Source: Haliotis rubra
Taxonomy: Eukaryota
NCBI RefSeq assembly: GCF_003918875.1
Contig: NW_025767357.1
Span: forward strand, 1,054,001 to 1,118,000
Reading direction: 5' to 3'
DNA: 64,000 bases
Positions within the stretch are counted from its first letter, which is position 1. Every line of letters starts with the position of its first letter. The notes beneath the pieces were generated by a model. That model saw only the letters and a program-made list of their open reading frames with translations, was not told the origin of the DNA and made no database searches. The translations under genes and the position numbers were made by a program. This document shows, piece after piece, positions 23,968-37,712 of the stretch.

Positions 23968-26922
23968 CTAATAGATGCTGGTATTTTCATTCCACGCCGG
24001 TTCCCAGGAAGGCCCGTTGGGTTCGCCGTCTTCGAAGTCGTACTCCACCACTCCAGACAACAGCTTCGCCTCCTTTGTCGTTGCAACCTCCGGAAGACAG
24101 TCTCCTATCGGAGACTTGATTTCGCGATGATTAAAAGGATCACATTTGTCAAAGATGTTGATTCCTCTGGATGGCCAGTGTGATGTCATCATCCTATGAT
24201 TGTAAGCCCTGAGTTTGGAGGGAATATCATCGGCCCGAGCCCACTTGGCGGGCGTCATGCAGACGAAAACTACAAAGCGCCACCTGTCGGAATTCGGGCG
24301 GCCTTTCTCTGGTCTACAATTATCATGCACTGTCCGAGAATCCCAAAGGACCATCCCTCCTTTCGGAACTGGAACCTTAGTGGTAACGCAGCCTTTCTCT
24401 CTGAACCAAGATTTGTCGTCTTCATTTAATCTATAATAATCGATTCTATTACTCTTCCTAGCAGCGGCCTCAAATTCTTCAAAGAATTCGTTGAAATATT
24501 TATGTGATCCCGACAAAACCCGGAGGCAGAAGTCAGTTTCTGTCGCCTCCTCCAAATACAGGGCGCCTTGGTAACCATGGAGACCAACTCTCTCTGCCGG
24601 TTGGTCGACGTGCAACCATGCTTTCCCTGTGTCATAAATTCCGAACTTTTCATCTTCTGGCGGAAAGGATATGGCTACTGCGTCAAAGCTTGTGAGGAGC
24701 TTCTCTGTCTCCCACACTTTAGCAAACACTGGCTTGGCTTTTAATCGACAGTTCCAGGTGTTTTCGAAATGACCAATGTCATATCCCTGAATGACTGAAT
24801 GCATGTTAGACGGCCAATCATCTTCCTCAAACTGGGACAGCCAATCACGGTACTGGGATATGTACGCGTCACAGTCCTGCGCACTGCAAACATCCGGTAT
24901 TACGGCATATCCTTTCTCCTCAAGATCTTTCATAACCGAGTCCCTGATAAAGAAGGCAAAGAAATAAGTGTAACGTTCAACACGACAAATACAAAGTCAT
25001 CAACCGTATATAATGTATCTGAAAATGGTCAGCTTGTGTGCGTTGATCAGTCTCGTCTTGTTCGGCTTGCTGATGAACTATATTCACTCACTCACTCACT
25101 TGTCCAATTGGTCATTGTTATATTCCGTCCTATTCAGTTACAAACTTAGGTGAAGTGAGTGTGTTGTAGGCCTCCTTGTAACCACACACCTTGTTATTAA
25201 CGTCGGGAACATGAGAATATACCTCGTGACCTGTGTTCTTAACGTGACCTTGGTAACTGTGTGTCATTGTACCTTCTATGTCACGTGAACTTGGCCAGAG
25301 GGTGTCACTGTACTTTCTACATCACTTTAAAAGGTCAACATTTGATTTTGAATATATTATTGTGAAGAGTGAGTGAGTGAGTTTAGTTTTACGCCTCACT
25401 CAGCAATATTCCAGGCATATGGCGGCGGTATCTAAATAATCGAGTCTGGACCAGACAATCCAGTGATCAACAGCATGAGCATCGATCTGCGCAATTGGGA
25501 ACCGATGACATGTGTCAACCAAGTCAGCGAGCCTGTCCATCCGATCCCGTTAGTCGCCTCTTACGACAAGCATAGTCGCCTTTTGTGGCAAGCATGGGTT
25601 GCTGAAGACCTATTCTACCCCGGATCTTCACGGGTCTTATTGTGAAGACTGACTGACTGAGTTTGGTTTTACGCCGCTTTTAGCAATATTCCAGCAATAT
25701 CACGGTGGGGGCACCAGAAATGGGCTTTACTAATTGTACCCATGTGGGGATTCGAACCCGGGTCTTCGGCGTGACGAGCCCACGCTTTAACCACTAGACT
25801 ACCCCACCGCCCCTTATTGTGAAGAGAGTGAGGGAATGAGTGAGTATTATTTTATGACGATTTTAGAAGTATTCCAGCTAAAAAGAGGGAAATGGACTTT
25901 ACATTTATACCAAAGTGGGAAATCGGACCAGGGGCCTTCAGTGACACCATCTGACACTGTAAAGACCCGACCTTGCAACCCCGCCGCCACTCACTTACAT
26001 CTTACTGTACCGTGTTATCTCCCTTGGACTATAGCCACAGAAATCTTATTTGCGAAATGATACACAAGGACCACCGGTCCACCTTATGATTTTATTAATA
26101 ACAGGAGTAGTAACCAAGGAAACGTAAAACGAGTACGATCACACACCTATGTGTCTCTCGTGATCTTTTTAAATGATATAGGGATATATTTATAGCAGTT
26201 CGGGGCTTTATTTCATTTTCCTTTCCAAAACAACCGGACCGGGACAAGGCTCGAGCATACAGAATTACATACATTTTGTTTCGTATTGTGTTGCCTTGTA
26301 ACAATTGTTAATGTGCTGTTGATACTGGAGACTTTGACAACTACACATGCATGACCTTGGGAGTTTGTTGCTTTTTAGTGTCTTTTTGTCATTCTATCTA
26401 TAAGGTACAGACCTCCCAGAACTCCCAACGACAAACCAGTGATTAATAACATGGAGTTCACTTTGGCAGCCAAAATATTTCAGTCGAATTTTAAGACTCC
26501 GACCATTTGTTTGCCAGATTAACTAAAAAGTACTCATAAGTTCAAATATGCTTAAGCTAGGATAAGAATCCAGAAAGATTAACGTAATAATATATTTTCA
26601 GCGAATGCTTAAAATGAGAAATAATTAGGCATGTTATAAATTGCCAAANNNNNNNNNNNNNNNNNNNNNNNNNNNNNNNNNNNNNNNNNNNNNNNNNNNN
26701 NNNNNNNNNNNNNNNNNNNNNNNNNNNNNNNNNNNNNNNNNNNNNNNNNNNNNNNNNNNNNNNNNNNNNNNNNNNNNNNNNNNNNNNNNNNNNNNNNNNN
26801 NNNNNNNNNNNNNNNNNNNNNNNNNNNNNNNGCTATCGTAAATAAATTAAGTAGGCCTACGTACAGGCAGGATTTACTAACCTGTCAAAAGACGGACTAC
26901 CAGGTACCTCACTTTTCGCCAT
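23968..26922 (-). CDS. PhyH-like Fe(II)/2OG dioxygenase, paralog 2
   Basis: Exon 1 26922-26882 (MAKSEVPGSPSFD-R, donor GTTAGT) and exon 2 24943-23968. WLHVDQ and SRTVH are intact. The intron spans an N gap. Confidence 0.88.
25367..25636 (-). mobile_element. SINE family B (duplicated-hairpin variant)
   Basis: Consensus match with TSD TTATTGTGAAGA. Confidence 0.85.
25648..25813 (-). mobile_element. SINE family A, CAGT-tail subfamily
   Basis: Consensus match with TSD TTATTGTGAAGA. Confidence 0.85.
26649..26831. other. Assembly gap
   Basis: Run of N. Confidence 1.
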
Positions 26923-28109
26923 GATGGATGGATGTGTCGTCTGCTCGTTGAGATGATCAGCGTAGAGGCAAAACTTCTAGACTGTTCTCTATGTATCTAG
27001 GAAGGGTGTTGCACAAGCCGTGGACATCTCGGGGAAAGACGGTGATAAAGATAACGATAGCCATTAGTTGATCCTATTAGTTGTGTTCGAGCGATTGTTT
27101 CCAAGGTTCATGTTCAATAATGACTATGTTCATGACCCGGAACTTGAAGTCCCCACCTCATGGGCAACAAAACACTCACTACAGTCCACCTTAAAGGAGA
27201 ATACTAGACAACTGCAATAATTTGCTTGGTGAAAGATAAAGTCATCAGAAACATGTACCCCATTTTTTATTTCAAAAATGTGGTATATTATGTTTTTATC
27301 GCGAAAACAGTTATCTGAGCTTCGGTCATTATGCATATTCCGCTGGAACTCACGTGACCTTTCCGCTCGTGACGTCATATGTGACAAGCGTCCGCCATAT
27401 TGCCAAGGAACAAGCGCTACAGTAATACAAATTGCGTTGTTTCTGTCGTTTTTGTAAATGTTACGATGGTGTATTCCGTTGCCTGGGGATGCACGGAATC
27501 ATCGAACAATGGAAAGAGCCACCATTTCTTCCGTTTTCAAGTAAAGAGACAGATTTAGGCACGATAAATGCTCCGATCACTCCGAATCGGACGCATATGA
27601 AAGCGACATGCACACAGGGGGTATGAAAATCCCAAAGCTAGGCTTAAGAGAGAAGAAGTACCCACGAGATTCATTTATACTCCATCATTCCGTTACAACT
27701 TACTGTCAGTGGTATTTTTAACATAAATTAGATTATGGATCAAATGTGAAGCTTACCAACTATCATGAGACGCACAGATTGCTAGGAAGCATTTGCCAGA
27801 TTTGTGGCGCGACCTGTGGACTAGAATATAAGGGGCGCCTGTAGACTGTAATTACACCTGGTCCCCAATCCACGAAGTGATAGAAGAGCTATGACGATTG
27901 CACCTGTTAAAAGTCTATTTGTTTATTCTTTAACACCTCATTACGTAATATGCCAGCTGTACATAGAAGTCGGTCTGTAAATAATCAAGTTTGGACCGAA
28001 CAGTCCAGTGAGTGACAGCATGAACATCGCTATTTCGAGAAGATAACAATTATCAGTGAAATCAACGAAATGGCAACCCGACTCCGTTAGTCGCCCTTGA
28101 CCAGAACTC

Positions 28110-28338
28110 GTGTAGATCCGGGTAGAATTGATCTTCAGTCACCCATGCTTGTCGTAAGAGGCGACTAACGGGATCGGGTGGTCAGACTCGCTGACTTGGC
28201 TGACACATGTCATTCTATCCCAAATGCGTAGATCGATGCTCATATTATTGATCACTGGATTGTCTGGTCCAGATTCAATTATCTGCAGACCGCCGCCATA
28301 TAACTGGAATATTGCTGAGTGCGGCGTTAAACAACGAA
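28110..28338 (+). mobile_element. SINE family B
   Basis: Consensus match. Confidence 0.8.
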
Positions 28339-28732
28339 CACACAACAAAACTCCAGACCAAAGGCATTGGTTGCTGAAGACCATGCACTGTCCTTTCTTC
28401 AGTTTTCCTGCCTCTTACGAAACTCCCGAATCTCCACTTACAGATTACACACCAAAGTTACCATATGCCCACATTCTAAATGGATGTGACTGTGTCGCTA
28501 AGTCAAGAAGCTGATCGCATAAATGTCTTCATTTATTGCTTAATACGCTAAGCGCGGGCATGTTATTCTCAGCTCCTCGCAGCGACAGGATGTTGTCTGT
28601 GGTGATCAGGACCAATACGCCACGTTGTGATAACGCTCTATACACTACTCAAAAGAATTTATAGGCCACCACGACAGATATACGATTGTAGTATGAAAGA
28701 ATCGAATGTTCTGTAACTTCTTATTAGTAGAA

Positions 28733-28896
28733 GGGGCGTTAGGATAGCCTAGTGGTTAAAGCGTTCGCTCGTCACGCCGAACACTCGGGTTCGATTCCCC
28801 ACATGGGTACAATGTGTGGAGCGCATTTCGGGTGTTCCCCGCCGTGATATAGCTGGAATGTTGATAAAAGCAGCGTAAAACGTAACTCGCTCACTC
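28733..28896 (+). mobile_element. SINE family A
   Basis: Consensus match. Confidence 0.8.
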
Positions 28897-30114
28897 GTTA
28901 TTAGAAGTAAAGCAAAGAAAACAACAAGCCTATGGACTGAAGCAGTTTTCATTGTGACATTATATGTTGTAAACGATGTCTCAGCAACCTTGATAAATCA
29001 CGCAAACAAAACACAACACAAATAATTAACACTTTTCAATAACAAGATAAAGACTTTGTTTCAAGAGTTGACGTTAGAAACGTTTCGGGCTGGATGAAAA
29101 GTTTATATCTCAGGTTTGTTTTGATTTTGTTATAATATAAACCCCCATGACTGTGTCCTGTCTAATACACAGACAGACACTTTATTCGGTAACATACGGC
29201 CTTATGGCTTATTTTACAGTTGATATATATATATAATGTATTTATAATGTCACGTGAGCACAAATTAAAGTAATTATCTAGCAATAAATATATGTTTTAA
29301 CAATGCTGCAACTGTGAAACTGTAGGATCCCTTGAGTTTTTATTAAACTGCAACTTTGACCTGTTTATAAAAGATCTAAAATTACATTATAAATACTGAA
29401 ACATACCAGAACAAATGTAAGTGAGAAAGTGAAATCTTTATGTGCATAGTGTTTAACACTTATGACAAGTGTATATCTAACTTGTGACTAACAATTGTTT
29501 AACCCCAACACCCTGGTATGTCCATCCACGTGACACTGTACAGGGGATGTAAAATCGTGGAATTGTATTGCTAATAAATGATGCAACTGCATGTATAACA
29601 AGAGGATTTTGAAAGTTTAATAACTTTAAAATTAACATATTGTTATCATGGACATGTTTAATACGTGGAAAATATTTCTCTCTCAGATCTTCATATTTAT
29701 CACAAACTAATAATACATGAAATGGTGTCCTCCCATTACGCAGACAGCCAGTTCGCAGACACCTTAAAACAACAACATTTACGGTTCAGTGAACAGATTA
29801 TCTACTACCTGATACCTATACATTATAATGGAATAGTCCAAATAAAAACACAGGAACAAACTGAAGCTATATTATTTATTTTGAAAGATGGACGAAAAGA
29901 CAGTAATTTGATTTTTTATTGCTGCAATATAAAAACAGTTTATTTTATAAACATTCCGGTTTAACTTTCTAGTCTAACGGGAATCGGCATCATCATATTG
30001 ACAACATTAGCTTAACTATTTGAAATTGCGACACTGTTCTATCATATAAATCAAATAAAGACAAATGTGAACCTAAATATTCATAGGGAATAAAGAAGTT
30101 ACATGTTTGCACAC

Positions 30115-30115
<1 letters not shown>

Positions 30116-30160
<45 letters not shown>

Positions 30161-30212
30161 GCATATATATATACACACACACACATACACACACATATAT
30201 ACATACATATAT
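30116..30212. repeat. (AT)n/(AC)n microsatellite
   Basis: Directly visible. Confidence 0.9.
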
Positions 30213-30836
30213 GAGACGAGTGCACTTAATTACGATTTATTTAGAATAAATATTTAAAATATGACGCATCATGTCAATGTGGCCATGGATGTGAGAATGT
30301 TTTTTCAATTACTTACTTGAATGTCCATTGTATACTACTCAAAGACATAAACTGTTACAATCTTTAGAAAGTATTGTTAATATTAGAACACTGATTGGTA
30401 ATTAATGTATCTTACATGGCAATGCAGGTGTCTCATTTACTGCAAATCAGAATGTTTTCAAATATGTACATATCTATATCTCTCCAACAAAACGTTTTCT
30501 CAGTTAACGTCTGTTGTACATATGCTATTATTGGGAGGGGACCTTTCTATCAATAAACACAATCAAACCTCTCAGTGACAAACCTGTTTTTATATTCGAT
30601 AGTATTTGATAGTTGAGAAGAGAAATCATTTATCATTTAATCACAACAAAGTTCTATTTACAATCAAACTTCTCAGTAACGAACCTGTTTCAGGCTCACC
30701 CTGCTCTACTCACCAGACAGTGGACTGTTCCATTATACCCGTAGGTGTGACCCTAATTAACCTTCTAGTTCAGTGTCTGTCAATTGGGTGTCTGTCAAAT
30801 GGGTGTCTGTCAAACCATTTCATCTTCAATAAAGCC

Positions 30837-33400
30837 CAATGTACATTTTGCAGATTTAATTAGATCAATATCATCTTTCTTATACCTTCTAGAAAAATTC
30901 GCTTTAAAATTGTGTAGGGGAAGTCTAAATTTACACATGGCTCTTATCTTATGGTTATTGTCTAATGATGATAAATATTTCTCCGGTTCTATAGCTGACT
31001 TAATCGAATTATAATGACATAAAAAAGGATGAAGATGAAATACTTTTGAGCCAGTTTTGATAATACATATCTTGTAATCTTTGTTTTAATGAATATAGAA
31101 ATAAATCTTCATCGCTAAAGTCTTGCGCAATCCAACCAAAAGAATACCCACAAGTAAAAAGCAAAGATCTAACATTTGAAACCCAATTACAACTGGTCTT
31201 ACTATTATCATCAAGAGTTTTTAATAAATATAGCATTGATAAGGATATCGTTGTCGTTCCACCTTTAATAATTTACACCAATATTTAACCACTCTTGGCT
31301 GAGAATGAAAAAAGCATAACGCCCTGTATCGCCTAAAATGGCCTTACTTGAAGCAAACTTCCCAACCCGTAAAAAGCGTTCAATCCAGTGTTTGCCACTG
31401 ATGTGGCAATGTCCCCCGACGCTAAAGAATGGAATATCTATATTTACTACTTTTTAATTTTTGGTCACATACAAGATAAGGTACCCAATGTCTTCAAAAC
31501 TTGTGTTCAGTGTCAAGTGACCTTGAAAATAAGGTCAAGGTCACAAAAATAAACTGGTGTCTGCGTAATCCCCCAATGTAGGCTGTCACCAATTTCAAGA
31601 CATTGGGTACAACAGTCCATGAGATGTCGCGTAACAAGAGTTTGAAAAGTGTTCATTGTCATGGTGACCTTGAAAATAAGGTCACATACAAGATGCCTGA
31701 AATGACTATTGTCTGCATAATCACCCAATGTAGGCTGTCAACATACTTGAAAACATTTGGTGCAATGTTTTATGAGATATCGCTTTTAAATAAGTTTGAA
31801 AAGCGGTCAAAGTGTCGTGGTGACCTTGAAGATAAGGTCAAGGTCACCCAAATAAACTGGTGTCTGCGTAATCTCCCACTGTAGGCTGTCACCAAATTTG
31901 AAGACATTGGATACAACAGTTCATGAGATATCGCGTTAACAAGAATCGGGACGTACCACGTCAAAACATTGATTACACAACAGTCTCGTTTCCTGTTGAC
32001 TGGTTCCCGTTCTATTGCGGAACTTAGTACAATAACCAGTCCAGACTTTTGAGACCAATTCATTTACCTGGATACATAATTATTAATCAGTATTATTTGA
32101 TACATCTAAGTACTTGTATAATGCAACACTACGCTCCTTCTAATCCTTGCAAACACGTGGTGCAACGTGCTCTGTCGTACAGCGAGCTCTGACAAACGGA
32201 AACCTGGAAATCGTGGAAATCTCAAAACGAGGCTCGGCCGCTAGAAACGTTTGGCGGTCTGGTACGGACTTGATATTATATCACTTACATTATGCGTTAC
32301 GGAACTACACTGAATACGCGCAAAGAACACATAACAGGTGTAACCAGTGAGCCAGATGCATTATGAATCATTTTACGACCTCATCAAACAGGGTCAGTCT
32401 GTGACGTCTTAGTTAAGGTCATGCTGTCTACACCTCGCCATAAAATAAAGAAATACGATATTATTAAAGTTTAAAATTATAATTCATTTGTAAATACCAT
32501 TTTCGTATGAAACAAGGAATTGGAATTCAGTGTAACCATAGTTGTTTGTGATTTCTATTTCCACTTTCACACGAGAAAATTCGGATCGGCTGAAAAGTAG
32601 GTCATTGTCTGAATAGGTTAATGAGACTCATGTTTCGGTTTGTACGGACGGACGCCGCTGAATACATATTCCCCAGTTCCGCGTTGCGGTGGGGACAATT
32701 AGATGATTGGACTTTCTCTATTGCCTCATTGTAATTAGTGCCCCATATCTCTGCCCTATATAACAAAATCGGTGCAATTTTACCATCAAAAGCAGAACAT
32801 GCTATAGAAGGTTTACATTTACAAAAAATTAAAAAATGTATATACTGGAATAACAGCTTTAGAGGCTTGTCATGCTATTGTTTACAAGATTCTGATCATG
32901 ATAATCTGGAATATATAACTAATCCTAATTACTTATAATATGTCTTAATTTCATATGCCCAGTGTTCATGCTTAGCAAGTTTACCTCCATTTATGAATAC
33001 AACGACACTTTTTTTTTTGTGAGTTGACTTCTAAACCCCATTTCTTGCAAAAGAAAGACAGTACATTTAATTGTTTCTGCAGGCAAGTAACAGTATATGA
33101 AAACATGAATACATCTTCAGCAAAAAGAACATTAAATCAACAATATCCTGTTTCACAAATACACCATAACTACACTCATTACATACTTATATACAAGTTC
33201 ATCAATGAAACAGATAAATAAAGGTGGGCTTAATATGCAACCCTGTTTCACACCACTAGAAGTGGACAACTCTTCCATTCTACCAGATGAAGGTTTAATA
33301 CATGCCTTTACAGAAGAATACATATTTCTAATGACATTAAACAATTTTCCATGACAACCTTTAGTAGGGTCTTGCTTCTTAAAATAATGACATGTTATAA
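30837..33400 (-). mobile_element. Degenerate LINE reverse transcriptase/ORF2 fragment split by an insertion
   Basis: GVKQGCILSPPLF (RT motif), AEIWG, GDTGRY, NWVSNVRSLLF and EPEKYLS motifs, with stops and frameshifts. Confidence 0.75.
31381..32699. mobile_element. Helentron-like non-autonomous element inserted in the LINE
   Basis: Internal TGACCTTGAAAATAAGGTCAAGGTCA repeats, a 3' CGGACGGACG plus CCCC...GGGG hairpin, and the LINE reading resumes on both sides. Confidence 0.6.
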
Positions 33401-33764
33401 CCAAAGCACAGACTAGTTATATATGCTGGGAGATTCTGCCACAAAACTATAAGCACCAAGCCAATTTTGTAGAGCGGATTACAGGTTCATACTAATCCCG
33501 ACATTTGGGGTAAAGGAGCTGATTAAAAAGACAATGCCAGTCATTTGTTTATAGTACATGGTTTTAAGGAACAAAATATCTTCCCTTCTCAAATCACAAA
33601 TCCGACATTGTTCAATCTCACCTGCCCAACAGATAATCCTCGGTTAGAGATATTCATTATTTCAGGCGTCCGAACGTCTTACAGTCTGAAGAATACTTGT
33701 GAGATTTATCCCCCATTCATACCACGCCCAGCTCGCTCACTCTCAGAATGACTAGTATTTTTCG

Positions 33765-36437
33765 TTAAAGACTAGTATTTTTCTTCCACACAGGTTCCCA
33801 GGAAGGTCCGTTGGGTTCACCGTCGGAAAAGTCGTACTCCTCAACTCCAGACAACAACTTGGCCTCCTTTGTCGCTGCAACTTCCGGAAGACTGTTACCG
33901 ATCGGAGATTTAATCTTACTGTGATCTGAAGGGGGATCGGACTTCTCAAAGATAATGATACCTTGGGATGGCCAATGCCCAGTCATCAGCCTATGATTGT
34001 AAGCTTTCTTCTTGTCAGAGATATCTTCAGGACGTGCCCACTTGGCGGGCGTCATGCAGACGAACACCACAAAGCGCCACCTGTCGGAATTGGGGCGGCC
34101 TTTCTCTGGTCTACAATTATCATGAACTGTCCGAGAATCCCATAGGACCATCCCTCCTTTCGGAACTGGAACCTTAGTGGTAACGCACCCTCTCTCCTTG
34201 AACCAAGATTTGTCGTCTTCCCGTAACATATAGAACTTATCGATGTTGCTTTTTTTCGCAGAGGCCTCAAATTCTTCAAAGAATGCGCTGAAATGTTTAT
34301 GTGATCCCGACAAAACACGGAAGCAGTAATCAGTTTCTGTAGTCTCCTCCAAATATAGGGCGCCTTGGTAACCATGGAGACCAATTCTTTGTGCCGGTTG
34401 GTCAAGATGAAGCCATTTTTTCCCAGTATCATACATTCCAGTTTCTCGGGCTTCGGGTGGTTCAGATATGGCTATAGCGTCAAAGCTTGTGTGAAGTTTC
34501 TCAGTCTCCCAGACTTTAGCAAATACTGGCTTGGCTTTAATGCGACAGTTCCAGGTGTTTTCGAAATGACCGACATCATAACCTTGGATTATTGAATGCC
34601 CTTGGTACGGACATTCGTCTTCCTTAAACTGGGACAGCCAATCACGGTACTGGGATATGTACATGTCACAGTCCTGCGCACTGCAAACATCCGGTATTAC
34701 GGCATACCCTTTCTCCTCCAACTCTCGAATAACTGCATCCCTGACAAGATGAAAAAAAAAAACTGTTATAAACGAGGCGATCTTGAGCAACTTACATATA
34801 TTTAAACGTGTGTTAAAACAATCGTATTCCACTTTATCCCAGATAGGAATTGTCGATTCAGCTGACAGCCGACCATCTGATATTCTGGGCACGGCTACGG
34901 AATATGTGTGCGGGTAATGTAGACAATGGAGGTCAAACCAAATATGTTTAAGGTCTGAAATACAAGCACGATCTCTATAGTGAGTGAGTGAGTATGGTTT
35001 TACGCCGCTTTTAGCTATATTCCAGCAATATCACGGCGGGGACACCAGAAATGGGCTTCACACATTGTGCCCATGTGGGGAATCGAACCCGGGTCTTCGG
35101 CGTGACGAGCCAACGCTTTAACCACTAGGCTACCCCACCGTCCCCGATCTCTATAGCCATACTGTGATGATAATGTTCCCATATTTCATAAAGGAACATC
35201 CTTGATGCCGTTCACAACCATAACATAGATACAGTGCCAACCCATGAAAAAAAATGTGTACATCAGGATTTGCTTCTGTATCATGATCAAACCACCAAAC
35301 CAATGCGTGATCAGCCGTTCATGTCGTAGTATAGATGATGGGGTACAACGTTCGCATCTCTAATGTCGTAGCCCAGTATTCCGTCCGTGAATTTAGAGCA
35401 CGTCAAAATATTGACATCCTATGACGTCATTTGCATATTGGAGTGATATATGACGTCACCCCACCCAGCAGTTCTGAATCAGCTCAGGTCTCGCTGTCAC
35501 ACCCTATAGTCTACGATGCTGCTGCTGCTGATGATGATATGTGATTATAACGCTGCGAAATTCAACTCCGGTCACTGAATCAGCCATACTGTACCGCTCC
35601 AGCATGGTGAATTATCACAGCCAGCCAACAAAGCAGTATTGTGATCTGACGAAGCAGTATTGTGATCTGAACAATCAGTATTGTGATCTGGCGAAGCTCT
35701 ATTGTGATCTGAACAAGCAGTAGTATTATCTGACTCAGTATTATTATCTGAAACAGTATTGTGATCTAACGAAGCGGTATTGTGATCTGACGAAGCAGTA
35801 TTGTGATCTGAAGCAGTATTATTATCTGAATAAGTATTCTGATCTGAAACAGTATTGTGTTCTGAAGAAGCAGTATTGTGGTCTGACGAAGCAGTATTGT
35901 GGTCTGACGAAGCGGTATTGTGGTCCGACGAAGCAGTATTGTGGTCCGACGAAGCAGTATTGTATTCTGAAGAAGCAGTATTATGATCTGAAGCAGTGTT
36001 GTGATCTAACGAAGCAGTATTGTGATCTGACGAAGCAGTATTGTGATCTAACGAAGCAGTATTGTGATCTGAAGAAGCAGTATTGTAATCTGAAGCAGTA
36101 TTATTATCTGAATAAGTATTCTTATCTGAAACAGTATTGTGTTCTGAAGAAGCAGTATTGTGATCTGACGAAGCAGTATTGTGGTCTGACGAAGCAGTAT
36201 TGTGGTCCGACGAAGCAGTATTGTATTCTGAAGAAGCAGTATTATGATCTGAAGCAGTATTGTGTCTGAAACAGTGTTGTGATCTGAAGAAGCAGTATTA
36301 TGATCTGACGAAGAAGTATCTACCTGGGCATTTGGTCGACAATAGATCAATAAATTCAGTTTGGACTGTACACTAGTATCAGTCTGAACGTACCTGTCAA
36401 AATTCGCTAGTCCTTCCACGTTGATTTCTGCCGCCAT
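33765..36437 (-). CDS. PhyH-like Fe(II)/2OG dioxygenase, paralog 3
   Basis: Exon 1 36437-36394 (MAAEINVEGLANFD-R, donor GTACGT) and exon 2 34740-33765. WLHLDQ and SRTVH are intact. Confidence 0.88.
34980..35145 (-). mobile_element. SINE family A
   Basis: Consensus match with TSD GATCTCTATAG. Confidence 0.85.
35630..36320. repeat. Intronic minisatellite, 18-21-bp unit GAAGCAGTATTGTGATCTGAC
   Basis: Directly visible tandem array. Confidence 0.92.
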
Positions 36438-36984
36438 GTTTGAGGTGTCGTCTGCTCGCTCCAGAACGTAAATTATCGCCACTCGTTATCGTCAAATTGA
36501 CAACGTTGTCCAATGACTTCAGAACACCCAAAAACACTACACTACACTACAAAACTTTATACCTAGGGTATTAAGCAGAGCAGGGTCGCCCCTGGAAGGC
36601 ATTTCGTAAGAGGACTTTCCGCTGGGATATAAATAGCGCATACTCATCCGAGGTGCGTTCGAGCAATGAGTTACTAACATTTAAACCAGTACGAGAGTCA
36701 CGTGTTTAGATAGCTAAACATACATGTAAACTACCTCCAAACACATGTAGGTAGTGTATTATAAATATCAAATGATTAAATTGTTGTTGAAAACATCATT
36801 AGGCAATCAAAACCATTAGTTTGTTAAACATCGATCCACTCAATTATGATACCATGTCATGTCACAACTTACTCAGCGAGCCTAACAGCCGTTAGTCATG
36901 GAAAGGATGGGTTGCTGAAGAGTAATACCTTGAGCAAATGACTTCAGCTTCTATAAATTCGGAAGCTTGCTTCTTATGAAAATA

Positions 36985-37160
36985 GGGGCGGTGGGGTAGC
37001 CTAGTGGGTAAAGCGTTCGCTCGTCACGCCGAAGGCCCGGGTTCGATTCCCCACTTGGGTAAAATGTGTGAAGCCCATTTCTGGTGTCCCTCGCCGTGAT
37101 ATTGCTGGAATATTGCTAAAAGCGGCGTAAAATCAAACTCACTCACTCACTCACTCACTC
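36985..37160 (+). mobile_element. SINE family A
   Basis: Consensus match. Confidence 0.85.
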
Positions 37161-37712
37161 TAATGAAAATAATGGATATGAATCTCGGGGCATACCAGAT
37201 TTCCAATTCCCACTTGTCAGATATCGTCATTCTCGTTATGTACAGGTTATGGGGAATTAACTGTTGTAACTGGATATAACGTTGCGTCTTAAAACAACAT
37301 TCAACCGACAGGCCTGGAATAGATTTTCTTTGCATGTTTAGTTGTGTGCCCCTACAAAAGCAGGAACACGGAACGAATCGCACAACACATACCTTCGACT
37401 CATATCAACCTTCTATTTTTAGCTTCACGTGGCAGATTTTCTCGACAACGCTAAGTTGTTAGTCATGAATATTTACACTTATGAACCTTGACCCTCGAGC
37501 GCATACCATGTCTTGATAATACGGTCAACCTCTCTAAACCGATATTTCTGTGTTGGTGCTGTTTAACTATATGGAGGAAAACGTCTACATAAGTAAATAC
37601 AATTTAACCACTTTATATTTAATGAATAGGCAGGTAATGCAATTTGGAGTGTGAGTGAGTGAGTTGGGTTTGAAGCCGCTTGTAACAGTGTTCCATTTGT
37701 ATCACGGGGAGA

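Noticed and set aside
18778-24943. Dioxygenase genes as cargo of the Polinton
   Set aside because: The Polinton ends at 21146 and lies inside a duplicated host flank. The genes have host-type introns and their divergence predates the insertion.
33765-33780. Peroxisomal targeting signal as in true phytanoyl-CoA hydroxylase
   Set aside because: The C-termini (SFY, SIY, TSL, VWK, TMT) are not PTS1 and no PTS2 is evident in exon 1, so the PHYH symbol was not assigned.
36048-36482. 144-aa Leu/Ile-rich ORF
   Set aside because: It is exon 1 of paralog 3 read through into an intronic minisatellite.
36985-37060. tRNA-Asp genes
   Set aside because: The tRNA-like heads lack a proper acceptor stem and are fused to a SINE body, tail and TSDs.
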